DNA from: Hypanus sabinus
Taxonomy: Eukaryota
NCBI RefSeq assembly: GCF_030144855.1
Contig: NW_026781697.1
Span: 1 to 64,000 of the forward strand
Direction of reading: 5' to 3'
Length of the DNA: 64,000 bases
Part shown: piece by piece, positions 10,246 through 23,500 of the stretch
Numbering within the stretch: position 1 is the stretch's first letter
Layout of the letters: each line of letters starts with the position of its first letter
Made by a program: the position numbers and the translations under genes
Notes under the pieces: generated by a model
Seen by the model: the letters and a program-made list of their open reading frames with translations, nothing else
What the model was told of the DNA's origin: nothing
The model's database searches: none

Positions 10246-11002
10246 CTTCATTGCCCGATGCTTGGTGTGATATAGCCCTCTGCTGGACAGATGGATAAAA
10301 CAAATTAATTCTATCCCACGTATTCCCCTACCAATGTCAAGTAGCAGGACGGGACAGACACATGGCCGACTCACCAACACAAATTTCATGTTTTCAATGC
10401 CCTCCCGTCCACGTTTCATCTCCTGATCTCAAACTCCGGAATTCCGGAATGACCGACCAGTTTTGCCGCTGGACCAGAGCCCGCAAATTCAGCCTACACG
10501 TCCTTAATCAGCAATATTAACCGTAGACCGAGAACACCGATCCCCCGCTTCATGAAATCTGTCCATGACATAAGTGAAAAGGTTGGAAATCCAGCCGGAG
10601 TCGAACTATATTGACCTGCATTTACAGATCTTCTCCGCTCATTCGACGCTCCAGATGGCTCCCCTTTCTGAGTTCGTCACGATCAGCTACTCCTACAGCG
10701 CCCCCTCCTGGTCTCCAGGCCACCAGGCCGCCAATCACAAGGCGAGGAATGGCGGATCATTATCAGTACCGAAATACGATTTATCATGAATGATATATGT
10801 GGTAAAATTTATTGTAACTTCGACAGCAGTCCGGTTCAATAGATCAAATATATTATCAATTACAGTAAATGTAAATAAATACACTAATAAATTAATAAAT
10901 AAACGACTGCTTAGACGATAAATAGCAGAAAAATAAATAGACTAATCCGGGAATTAATATATAGTTAAACAATCAGATGTACAATTAAGCAGACAGATTG
11001 TA

Positions 11003-11003
<1 letters not shown>

Positions 11004-11075
<72 letters not shown>

Positions 11076-11080
11076 CACAC
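11004..11080. repeat. (CA)n microsatellite
   Basis: Directly visible. The homologous position in copy 1 is the N-gap at 101-293. Confidence 0.98.
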
Positions 11081-11621
11081 AAACAAACATTTTGGGACAA
11101 ACAGAGAGGAAATAAAACACCGTGGTGGTGTTCATGGCTTCGTGTTCCGATCAGAAATCTGATGGCGGAGGGGAAGAAGCTGTTCCTGAATCATTGAGTG
11201 TAGGTCCCCGGTCTCCCGCACTTCCCCCTTGATGGTAGTAATGAGAAGAGGGCATGTACTGGGTGGTGGAGCTCGACAATGATTGACTCTGCCTTACTGA
11301 ATGATCGCCTGTTGAAGATGTGCTCTGTGCTGGGCGGGCTACTGTTAATGATGGCGGAGTTTACTACCCGCTAAAGACGCGGAAGTCTCCAGATGCCGTC
11401 TATCCGAATCAACACTCACACAAATTGTTGTCAGAACTCACCAGGTCTGGGCGCTGATATGGAAATGACGTTTCGGGCCTTCTCCCTCCTCTTCTGAATT
11501 TTCCGTATTCCGGATTGGTGACCGCGGTCAGCAATATGCCCGGAAGGGGCGGGGTCCTGATGCCGCACTTTCTTCCGCCCAGGCTCTCTCGCACAACAGA
11601 GAGAAGGATCCCGGAGAGAGG

Positions 11622-12463
11622 ATGTTGCTGATACTCGTCCTGGCGCCGTTGCTTCAGCGTAAGAAATAATCTCACACAATAATTAATATTCAATCCTTAA
11701 CCAGATCTGGTCACTCTGTCAGACTGGAACGAGTGCAGAAATGTTTTGACAGAATTTTGCTGGAATCAACGTGTCCGAGATACAAAGAGAGGTTTGCGTC
11801 GACTCGCATTTCATTCCGGGGAAAGTCGACAATAATCGCGAGGTCTCAGAGTTAAAATTATTCACGAATTTGTACAAGAGAGAAGACAACGCGGTCGGAG
11901 TATTGCTAAACTGTAGAGAATCGGGACATGCCGTATAGAAACGAATGTTTCAAGAGGACATGAAAATAACGATCAGACTAATATATTTTGTGCTCTTTAG
12001 TACTTGTTTAATCCCAATGTTCATATTTCCATCAGCGTTTCTTACCATTGATCGGAATCCTCGAAATCTGCTCAGACAGATCACCTCGTTCCATTTCCCC
12101 CACCCCCCGTCCTCCCCTTTAGCAATAGATCCCCCGTACTCGGGTTTCCTGTTAACATAAGTCTCTCCACTTCCCGTTCCCTTCCACAGGAGCGACGTCT
12201 CAGTCCGTTCGCCAGGACTCGCCGGCTATCTCCAAATCCCCCGACGAGAGCGTGGAGCTGAAATGCATCCTGGACGGCGGTACCGACAATATCCCGGGAA
12301 GGAGATTCAGTACCTGTTTCGTTCTACGTACATTGACTCAGCAATTCCGGAGGGGGCTGTGGACGGCTTCACCTCCCGGAGACCCGATGCAGAGACGTTC
12401 ATTCTCAGCTCGGCCAGTGTGCGCCCAGACCATTCGGCCGTCTGCTACTGCGCCTGGAGTCAT
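11622..12463 (+). pseudogene. TRBV: TRBV pseudogene V4. Leader exon 11622-11658, V exon 12190-12463
   Basis: Good leader MLLILVLAPLLQ then C|GTAAGA, acceptor CCACAG|GA. Relative to V1, a 25-nt deletion at 12282/12283 removes CDR1 and the conserved Trp and shifts the frame. The end reads AVCYCAWS. Confidence 0.92.
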
Positions 12464-12502
12464 CACAGTGGCTCAGAGACACGCCGGGTCCCGACAAAAA
12501 CC
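12464..12502 (+). promoter_or_regulatory. 23-RSS of V4
   Basis: CACAGTG (12464-12470), 23-nt spacer, ACAAAAACC (12494-12502). Confidence 0.97.
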
Positions 12503-13959
12503 TTCGCCGGCGACAGGAAGCAGGTGATCTGTGAGAGTCAGTGATCTGTGATGCACAGGGCACGCACATGCGGATTAAAAAGCACGTGCAGGGCACATCT
12601 GCAGGTTGTCCTGAGAAAGAAAGCGATTTTTTCCAGATTCGCTCATGGTGCCGGCGGAAGGAGTGCAAGGGAGTGGGAGAGGAGGGAGAGGGGGAGAGAT
12701 TTTTGTGGGGGGGGTGCAGGAGTGTGAGGGTGAAGGGTGGGGGACGGACGAGAAGCATGAGTCTGCCCGTGTCGCTGAGAAACAGAGGGATTGTTCCAGA
12801 TCAGCGCAAGGTGCGGGGACCAAAACCACCGATCGAGCTGTTGTCAGATGACGGGACGGTGATGTGAGGAATGTTATCCTCACAGGGGTGTGGTGAAGAG
12901 TACGGGGCGGCACTGGAGAGAAGCACAGCGGGAAACGGGACGATGTTATGGCGCTCGTTTTCATTTCCGCCGTGACCTTGTGGGCACCTCCATTTTCCCC
13001 ACATATTCCATAAAATCTTAAGACCATAAGATTTCGGAACAAATGTCAGCCATTCGTCCTATCGAGTTTGCTCCGCCATTCAATCATGGGCTGATCCACT
13101 TCATTCAGACATCCAGTTATACCCACTCCCCTGCTTTCACCCCGTACCCTTTTATGCCCTGGCTAATCAAGAACCTATCTATCGCTGCCGTAAATGATCC
13201 CAATGACTTGTCGTCCGCAGCCGCTCCTGGCATCAAACGCCACGGATGTTCGCAAAGCTTCGTACATTCCAGCGACTGAGTGAGACGGTTTGATGGGAGT
13301 GAGCATCAGTTACGGGGCCGGGCAAAACAAGAGAAGCTGGAGAAACGGGCTGCATTTTTGGGAAGTTAAAACTGGATTTGACTTTCACAATGATCGGCGG
13401 AGACCCGAGAAATGTCGTAGAACAGAGTAACCGTGGAGGAGAGGTAAACGGTTCTAGGGAGGTGAAATCAGGAGTAGAGAGCGGCGAAGGAGGCATTTGG
13501 CACGCATTCCTTCGTCAGTCAGGGGACTGAGTACGGGAGTGGGGAGGTCACGTCCCAGTTGTGCGAGACGCCGGCGGGGCCGCACCTGGAGTACGGTGCT
13601 CGGTTTTGGTCGCCCCGCTGTCGGAAAGATGCCATTGAGCTGGGAAGACTGCAGAGGGAGCCATACAAGGATGTTTCCGGGACTCGAGGGACTGAGTTAT
13701 GGAGAGAAGTCGGGCAGGTGGGACGTTGGATTGTAGGAGTGACCTTACAGAGGTGTGCAAAACCAAGAGGGGCGCAGATAGTGTGAATGCGGGCGGTCTG
13801 TTAACGGGCTTGGTTGCGGGGAGGGAAGGGGAGGGGAGGAATCAAGAAAGCGAGAGCCGAGTGAAACAGGGAGCGGTGCTGCCTGAAACGCGCCGACAGT
13901 AGTGGTGAGGGTGCCGGGTGTGATAAGGAAAACGCCGACTCTCTCCAAATCACAGAGTC

Positions 13960-14355
13960 ATCCTGCGGAGTAGATTTGACTTGATAGGGGTATTTAAAAT
14001 GATGAGGGGTATAGATAGAGTTGACGTGGATAGGGTTTTTCCATTGAGAGTAAGGGAGATTCAAACAAAAGGACATGAGTTCAGAGTTAAGGGTCAGAAG
14101 TTTAGGGGTAACACGAGGGGGAATTTCTTTACTCAGAGAGTGGTAGCGATGGGGAAAGAGCTACCAGTAGAAGTGATAGAGACAGGTACGGTATTGTCAC
14201 TTAAAGTAAAATTGGATAGGTATATGGACAGGAAAGGAATGGAGGGTTATGGGCTGAGTGCGGGTCGGTGGGGCTAGGTGAGAGTAAGCGTTCGGCACGG
14301 ACTAGAAGGGCCGAGATGGCCTGCTTCCATGCTGTAATTGTTATATGGTTATATG
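13960..14355 (+). mobile_element. 5'-truncated CR1 LINE 3' end
   Basis: VFKMMRGIDRVDVDRVFPLRV...TKGHEFRV...FFTQRVV...KVKLDRYM, followed by the CR1 3' UTR ending TGTAATTGTTATATGGTTATATG. Confidence 0.85.
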
Positions 14356-15459
14356 AACCTCCCGCCCTGGCCTTCCCCCGTCTCTTCAGTTCGGCAACAA
14401 CCACCCAGAAACTCTAGTTTAAACTCACCCCATTAGCCTTTGCAAAACTCCCTGCCAGGATATTGGTGCCCCTCAGATTCAAAAGCAGTCCATACTAACT
14501 GTGCAGTCACGCCAGCCCTGAAATCCGTCTCAATGATCCGAAAATCTGTTTCATTGCCCCCTGCTCCAATCACTCCGCCACGCATTTATCCGCCACCTTA
14601 CTCTATTCATGTAGTCACTGTCGAGTAACACCGTTCCTGCACACACTCCCGGGTTCGGACACAATCTGAATCTCCACCCACGCGCGTCCATCATACACTC
14701 CCGGGGTCGGAAACTCAGTGAAACTTCCCTCTAAAACTTTTCTACACAGGCCCGTGTCCATGTACCAACTACTCTCTGTGTAAACGTCTTGCCCTTTGCA
14801 GTGCATTGGACGCTACCGCATGGATATTGCCCGGCACTTTGTGTATGTTTGTAAATAAATGTTTTTCTTTTTGTGTCATCTGCAGGTTTATTAATCAGTC
14901 NNNNNNNNNNNNNNNNNNNNNNNNNNNNNNNNNNNNNNNNNNNNNNNNNNNNNNNNNNNNNNNNNNNNNNNNNNNNNNNNNNNNNNNNNNNNNNNNNNNN
15001 NNNNNNNNNNNNNNNNNNNNNNNNNNNNNNNNTGACTCACTGTCGGACATTGACTATGGACTGTCCCTTATGCGTTGTGATTAAAATGCGATTCCTGGTT
15101 TACAACATAAAATCTCTGCATCACAGTCTGTCATCTGTTGGCGGCATAGAAATATAGGTTTGTATTTTGCAGATGAGTGAATCAAACAGCAGAGTTACTG
15201 AATTATCTGTTCATAAACAGTTGTTTCGGCAGTTATATATCCCAAGGGTTCATTCGTTCTGTTGACTGTCACTTCAAAAAGGCCGAGAGAATGAGACTGG
15301 CTTTTTGATACTGCTGGATTTGCTGTGATGAGAGATGTGGCGTTATTTGAGGGACAATGAATATTACAATTTATTCTGCGGCTTGTTTTGAATGTACAAC
15401 GACACAGAGACACACAATCAGAGTTAAGATTGTCAATGGACGACACCAGTGAGTCTGCC

Positions 15460-16358
15460 GCATTTGAATTTCCAGCACCCCAAAAGGGTGAGTTAAGATC
15501 GATCCGGAGTTCTCATAAATGACTCTCACAAGTTGCTGGAACTAGAGTAATTTTGCAGAGGGGAGTCTAGCGGGAGTTTTGAAACAGAAGAATCCTAGTG
15601 ATAAAGAGATCACAGTTTGGACTCTAACTCCACGTATCCCGTGAGTGTGAGTTTGTTCCCATTCAGATGCGAAAATGTGGTTGTCACAGAGCTCATCCGT
15701 AGGAGTGGATTCGCTACTGAGGGAAAAACCTTTGTGGATACCACGTGTGTGTTTACCCTTTGCCTGGGCGTGGTAGTTCACTGATGAAAGGCACCCCTGT
15801 GGCAAATCACCGTTGGAGGTAATTCGTAGGTCGTGGAGCTGAAGAAGTGGCTATCACGTTGTGTACGACTGTGGTAACCTTGTGGAATCCACCAGTGTGT
15901 CGACCCTTGCCTGGCTGGTGGTTCCCTTGAAGATGGGCCCTCTAGTGATAAGCTACTGTAAGTGAGGTTTCGTGTGAGGATTCAGAGGAGAACGAGAAGA
16001 TCGACCACACCTGTTTGTTTGGATTACAAATATATCTCTCTCTCACCAAACTGTATGCATTTGAACTGAACAAAAATTTCTTAAGACTGTAATCCTTAAG
16101 ACGGTAAGATCGTAAGACTTAATTCTTGCACCTGAGCTTGACTAAATTTGGAAACTTATTTTTTTACACACCTATATCTGCATAATACTACTAACACATG
16201 GATTTCCCCGGTTTAAGTTACTATATTACGGAATTACAAATAAGCTATTGATAGTTAACAGCGAAACCAGACTGAAGGTGTGTTTTATTGCTGCTGAAAC
16301 TTTTACAGTGTTGCGCGCACGTAAGAGGTTCTTTGCCCAGTGTTGCGTGTACGTAACA
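15460..16358 (+). mobile_element. Probable solo LTR (Gypsy-type)
   Basis: Ends in TACGTAACA and shares internal motifs with 51570-52432 and 6361-6730. I could not pin the 5' boundary. Confidence 0.4.
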
Positions 16359-16819
16359 CGACCAAGCTGAACATTCTTCCGGTACCTCAGCAGAAACGTC
16401 TTTTTTTTCCATTTTCTCCATATTCCTAAAACATTTCCTATTCTCGTATTTCTCTATCCTTCAAGACAGACCTGTCGTATTAGTTAAAAAAATTGGCACT
16501 TCTCTGGCCAGATTTCTAACTGGACTTTTGCCATGATCCCTCAACCTCGACAACTCTATCACGTTTGTGTCGGCTGCAAGAGTATTTATGAGTCACACCT
16601 ATTTTCATCCAATCAAACGCCAGAATATTTCCCACAATTGTCACTTGCAAAATGGCTGCCCTGCATCATTGTCATCTGTACTCCATTTAAGGCCATGCTA
16701 TCCAATGCATCTCGGTCCCAGGTCTCAGCCTACCGGAAGCAGTCCTTCTCAAAAGTCTTACTTCCAGTCTAATCCCAAATGGCCTTGTCTGCGGCCATGA
16801 TTCACGAACCGAGCGACCC

Positions 16820-16950
16820 TACTAATGGGACAATTTACAATGGCCAATTAACCTATCAACGCATAGATGTTTGGCGTGTGGGAGGAATCAGGAGAAAGCC
16901 GATGACATCCAGGCGGTCACGCTTTACAGACTGCGTGGGAAAATGAGTAG
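16820..16950 (-). mobile_element. Degenerate HE1-like SINE fragment
   Basis: GGACAATTTACAATGGCCAATTAACCT...TTTGG..TGTGGGAGGAA resembles the antisense of the common chondrichthyan SINE body. A fainter copy lies at about 4880-5030. Confidence 0.5.
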
Positions 16951-17519
16951 AATGAGTGATAATGAACTGTGAGAAGGAGAGAGGCCAAGCTACGAGGGAA
17001 TAAATAAACAAGTAGACTTCATGTGCCTTTTCCTCTGCAATCACCTTCCCTCCATACCGAATGTATCCAATCCAATCCGACAGATAGCACCACCACTACA
17101 CAAAGTGTCTAAGGATTTCTTTAATTTCCAGACGCTTTGAGATGGGGACTACTGCTGGGGACGGACGATTGGAAGAGGCGTTTTTCCAATCCGAGTTATT
17201 AAATTATTCTCGAGGTGGCAGACAGAACTACAAAGAACTCCGCTGCAAGCGGAGACTTGAGTCTGTCCACGGTAACCAGTTTCCCGGAAAGATTCAAAGG
17301 CAGCGGCTCGTGGAAACAACAGCCCTCGCCAGAGGAAACAGATGGAGGTACATCGGGCGGACCTGAGGAGGGATTCGGGCGACACGGTACACCGGTAGGG
17401 CACAATGATCATATTGCAATGGTGATGTCAAGGCTTCGAAGGCAAATAAGTTTTGGATAACCCACTTGGTGGAACTGAGAATAGTGGAGACAGACTCTTG
17501 GGAGAAAGGTCACTGAGTA

Positions 17520-20500
17520 TTAATGCTCTCCTGACAACGCCGTGAACTTGGTCATTAGACGGAAGGGACTTTTCAACGTCTCCTTCAGCTAAACCCTGAA
17601 CCTTGCCTGGACCACGGCGTAAAGGGCCGTGTTGGTGCAGCAGCTCAGCTGTTGCAGCATGTAGCCCAGCTCCCGCAGAGAAATCCGGGGATTCGTGAAA
17701 ACGTAAATACCGAGCCTCTCCCATACCGAATAGACTGTCAGCAGCGCCCACAGCAGGATGAAATTCCCCGACATCACCAGCAGTAACAGGAGAGATTGCC
17801 TGCGGTTCTTCATCTCCGGGTCGGCGGGCGTCTCGCCATCGCGAGAACCACGGAGTCTCCTCCGGGCTCGGCTGCCCACGAAGACGTGTCTGATGGTTAA
17901 ACTGTTGAGCAGCAGAATCAGGACCAAGGGTAATATTGGGGTGAGGAGGAAATGAATCACTTGAAATATTGTCTGCTGATTTAGGGAAGATAACCTGACA
18001 TTACAGAGCAATGACGTACGAAATAACGAATATGACCCTTGAAACAAAAAGTACCAGAATATGTTCTTTACGCAGCTCAGCACAGTCACTGTCCCGAGAA
18101 CCAGAGCCGCCGCTCTCCCGGTGCAGTATTTTCGCTTCAGCTTCTGAAAACAAATGGCGATAAATCGATCAAAAGTGAAAGTGACTGTGAACCAGACAGA
18201 ACAGTCCGTGGCAGCGTAGAACATGACGGCGTGGATGTTACACACGGGAGTACCTGCTGTCCAGCGTATAACCTGAAGTGGCATGAAAATCCCCGGAATT
18301 TTGCTCAATACTAGATCGACGAGAACGACCAGCTGATCCGCTGCCACCATGGCAACCAGGTACCTTGTGACGCCTTTGGAGAGGCCGCACTTGCCCCGCG
18401 ACAGGATGACGATTGTCACCACGTTGACTGTGTGGAGGTAGATGAAGACCATGAACACATATTTGCATGGAAACATACTCTGAAAACAAATATTTCATTC
18501 GTGAGTACTTCCGAGAGCAGAGATGGAAATGGAAATTACGTATCTTCTCAGGAAGTTACCGTCAGCTAGTATTAAATCGGTTGTGATTATAATGTACCTT
18601 TTGAAGTTCAGAAGAATGAGGGGAATCTCATTGAAAACCATGGAATATTGAATATTGTGCCGGGATGTCGTGGACCTGGAGCTTCTGTAGTGGTGGAATC
18701 TACAACTAGAAGACGAGGCTTTACAATACAAAGACATCACTTTTTAACAGTTGAGTGTAGAAATTTCCTTTGAACGTGGCTGGTAATTATGTGGAATTCC
18801 TCGCCACAGACGGCTGTGGGGGTCAGTTTATTTCAGCTATTTGCAGACGAGAGCTCTTGATTCATCGGGGCCTCAGTGGATATCGGGAGGGGGCGCCAGA
18901 ATATGCTTGACAGGGAAATAAAATCAGCTATGAGGGAATGGCGGTGAAGGCTCTCTGCTCGAATGGGCGAATTCAGTCCCCGAACCCTATGGACTAAGCA
19001 GTGATATCCACCGATGGCAGAATGTATTCGAAACTTTGGCGTCAGAAGAACGATTTGAAAACAGGACGTGATAATGAACTGATTCATGTACCAAGTATCA
19101 CGGTGACAGAAATTCTGCTTCGCTCAACTGTAAACACGAGAGAGCATTACAGCAGAAGATTTGACCAAATAGGTGCCGGTATAATCCACCTGTTCGGACT
19201 GGCAATCTCCGCCATTGAGGATGATCATTGCTGATCTGACTATGGACTCATTTCCATCTACCTGTTTTCCCCCCAAAGAACCCTTAATACCCCTACTACG
19301 GAAAAATCAATCCAAATTTTTCTGAAACATATTTACTGAAATGACGTTCAGTGCTTCATTGGGCAGAAAAATCCACAGGTTCAACAACTTCTGGGAAAAG
19401 CAGTCCCTCTCCGTCCTAAATTCGCTCCCCAGAATCTTCAGCCTATGTTCCCCCGGTCTAAATTCACTTACCAGTGGAAAAAACTTTCCTGCCCCTGTCT
19501 TATCTACCCCTTTCGTAATTTTAAATGTCGCTAAAAGGTCGCCTCTGATCCTTCTGAAATACAGTGTGTGTAGTCGCAGGCGACTCAGCTACCAATTTTC
19601 CTCCCAATGCCTCCGGTCTGGAATCAAAATGGTGAACCGACTAAACGCTGGTAAATCCCTACACAAGTCAGGAGGACCAGACATGCACACAGGACCCCAG
19701 CTGTCGCCTCACCAGTACCTTGTGCTGTTGCAGCATAACTTCCCTGCTCTTAAATTGAACCCTGTGAGCAATGAAGGCCAAAATCCCATTTGCCTGCTTG
19801 TTCGTCTGCTGCTGCTGCAGACCAACCTTTTGCGATTAAAGAACAAACACTGTTAAGAAACTCCACATGACAGCGTACTGCAATCGTTTTCCACGAAAAT
19901 AATATTCTGTTCTTCCATTTGTCCTTCTCAACCTTGCCTTTTGCACCATTGTTCTCCATCTGCCAGACGCTAATACTTTTGTTTAAACAATCGATAACCG
20001 CCTGCAGGCTCAGATTCATCTGCACCATATGTGTCGGTGGTAAATCATGGCATTAATGACCCCCACGTAGCCTCATTATGTTTAATAGTTGAGGCTTTGA
20101 AGGTAATTATATATCTTCCTATCNNNNNNNNNNNNNNNNNNNNNNNNNNNNNNNNNNNNNNNNNNNNNNNNNNNNNNNNNNNNNNNNNNNNNNNNNNNNN
20201 NNNNNNNNNNNNNNNNNNNNNNNNNNNNNNNNNNNNNNNNNNNNNNNNNNNNNNNNNNNNNNGAATGTCTGTCTATCTATCTATCTGGATACTGTTGATG
20301 GGGATGACCTACCAGGAATGAGTTGTAGTGGTCCTGTCTCTGGCACAGAGGTTGAACCCTCAACTAGAAAGGGGAGGAGGGAAGAGAAGAGAGCGATAGT
20401 TTTAGGGGATTCTATAGTTAGGGGGGCAGATAGGAGATTTTGTGGGGCAGATCGGGAGTCTCGGATGGCATGTTGCCTCCCTGGTGCCAGGGTCCGGGAC

Positions 20501-23500
20501 AACTCAGATCGGGTGCAGGCTATTCTTGAGAACGAGGGCATGAACCCAGATGTAGTGGTCCATGTAGGGACCAACGATGTAGGTAAGGTGAGTGAGGGGG
20601 TCCAGCTTAGAGAATTCAGGGAGTTAGGAGTGAAGCTGAAAGGCAGGACCTCCAGGGTATCAATCTCGGGATTGCTACCTGTGCCACGTGCGAGTGAGGC
20701 GAAGAATAGAATGATTATGCACATTAATACGAGGCTGAGAACATGGAGCAGGAAGGAAGGGTTCAGGTTTTTGGATAATTGGTCTTTGTTCCAGGGACAT
20801 TGGGATCTGTTTCGAAGGGACGGTCTAAATCTGAACCGGGGGGGGGGGGGGGTACTAAAATTCTTGCAGGAGTGTTTGCCAGTGCTGCTCGGGGGGGGTT
20901 TAAACTAGATGTGCAGGGGGCAGTGATCCAGATCCAGAGGGTTGGTCAGAAGGAGGATGGGGCTAAATGTGTTGAAGGTTTGGGTGATCTTGAGAAGGTC
21001 ATCAAAATTCAGGGTGCAATTAGCCCGATGGAAGTTCAAGGAGCTGGGTTAGGTACAGTAGGCAGTGTTTTAAGCAAAGAGAGGAGGAATTTGCAAAGAA
21101 TTCTATACTTGAATGCGCGTAGTGTCAGAAATAAGACAGATGAGCTTGAAGCTCAGATGAAAATGGGGAACTACGATATTGTTGGGATAACGGAGACATG
21201 GCTGCAAGGGGATCAGGCCTGGGAATTGAGTGTACCAGGGTATAAGTGCTATCGTAGAGACAGAAATATGGGAAGAGGGGGTGGGGTGGCCCTGTTGGTG
21301 AGGAGTGAGATTCAGTCCTTAGCAAGAGGTGACTTGGGAACAGGGGAAGTAGTCTGTGTGGATTGAGCTGAGGAACAGTAAAGGTAAAAATACCCTAATG
21401 GGCGTTGTGTACAGGCCCCCAAACAGTAGCGTGGATATTGGGTACAAGTTGTTTCGGGAGTTAGCATTGGCATGTGCTGAAGGTAATGCAGTCGTTATGG
21501 GAGATTTCAACATGCAGGTGAACTGGGAGAATCAGGTAGGTGCTGGACCCCAGGATAGGGAGTTTGTGGAGTGTCTAAGGGATGTATTTTTGGAACAGCT
21601 TGTGCTTGAGCCAACCAGGAATGAGGCTATTTTGGGCTTGGTGATGTGTAATGAACAGGAATTGATAAGTGACCTTTAAGTAAAGGAGCCATTAGGAAGT
21701 AGTGATCATAACATGATAAGATTTTATCTACAATTTGACAGGGATAAGGGCAGATCAGAGGTGTCAGTGTTGCAATTAAATAAAGGAGACTACGGAGCCA
21801 TGAGGGAAGAGCTGGCCAAAGGTAAATGGACGGATGCCCTGGCAGGAAAGACAGTGGATCAGCAGTGGCAGATATTCTTGGGCATAATACAAAAGATGCA
21901 AAAGCAGTTCATTCCAATGAGAAGGAAGGATTCAAAGAGGGGGAAGGGGCCACAGTGGTTGACAAAGGAAGTCAGAGATTGTATAGCATTAAAGAAAAAG
22001 AAGTATGACAGGCTGAGATAAGTGGGAATACAGATGACTGGGAAAGTTTTAAGGAACAGCAGATCTTAACTAAAAAAGCAATACAGAGAGAAAAAAAAAT
22101 CAGGTATGAGCTCAGTCTAGCCAGGAATATAAAAGGGGATAGCAAAAGCTTTTTTAGCTATGTGAAGAGAAAGAAGATAGTTCAGAACAATGTTGGCCCC
22201 TTGAAGAATGAATTGGGAGAAATTGTTATGGGAAACAGGGAAATGGCAACATAATTTAATGCGTACTTTAGATCTGTCTTCACCAGGGAGGACACAAGCA
22301 ATCTCCCAGATGTATGGTTGGGCCAGGGTCATAAGATATCAGAGGAATTGAGACAGATTGACATTAGGAAAGAAACTGTGATGAGTAGACTGGTAGGACT
22401 GAAAGCTAATAAATCCCCGGGTCCAGATGGTCTGCATCCGAGGGTTCTAAAAGAGGTGGTTCAGGAAATTGCGGATGCATTGGTAATCATTTTCCAATGT
22501 TCCTTAGATTCAGGATCAGTTACTGAAGATTAGAGAATGGCTAATGTTATCCCACTTTTCAAGAAGGGAGGGAAGGAGAAAACGGAGAACTATCGCCCTG
22601 TTAGCCTAACGTCAGTCGTGGGGAAGATGCTTCAGTCCATTATTAAGGACGAAATAGTGGCACATCTTGATGGCAGAAATAGGATTAGGCCGGGCCAGCA
22701 TGGATTTACCAAGTGCAAATCATGCTTGGCTAATCTGTTGGAGTTTTTTGAGGGTATAACAAGGATGTTAGACGAGGGTAAGCCAGTGGATGTTGTGTAC
22801 CTAGATTTTCAGAAGGCATTCGATAAGATGCCACATAGGAGATTGGTGAGTAATATCAGAGCTCATGGCATTGGCGGCAGGGTTTCAACATGGATAGAAA
22901 ACTGGTTGGCAGATAGAAAGCAAAGGGTAGCAGTGAATGGGTGTTTCTCGGACTGGCTTGAGTGACTAGTGGGGTACCACAGGGCTCTGTATTGCAAACA
23001 CAGCTCTTTACAATTTATGTCAACGATTTAGATGAGGAAATTGAAAACTATATCAGCAAGTTTGCTGACGATACTAAACTGGGTGGCGGTGGAGTCCTAG
23101 TTCACCAATCAATGAAGGTGAATGAGCAAGTGCAACAGGCAGTGAAGAGGGCAAATGGAATGTTGGCCTTTGTTACAAGGGGAATTGAGTACAAGAGCAA
23201 GGATGTCCTTTTGCATTTGTACAAGGCCCTGGTGAGAACACACCTGGAATATTGTGTACAGTTTTGGTCTCCAGGTTTAAGGAAGGACATTCTGGCAATT
23301 GAGGAAGTGCAGCGTAGATTCACTAGGTTGATTCCTGGGATGGCAGGGCTGTCTTACGCAGAGAGATTGGAGAGATTGGGCTTGTCCACGCTGGAATTGA
23401 GGAGATTGAGAGGGGATGTGATTGAAACGTTTAAGATAATTAAAGGATTTGATAGGATTGAGGCAGGAAATATGTTCCAGATGTTGGGAGAGTCCAGTAC

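Larger units (their letters stand above)
10885..13925 (+). repeat. Segmental duplication, copy 2 (carries TRBV pseudogene V4)
   Basis: Colinear with 1-3180. It has an extra GA-rich insert at about 12640-12780 and a more diverged intron. Confidence 0.85.
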
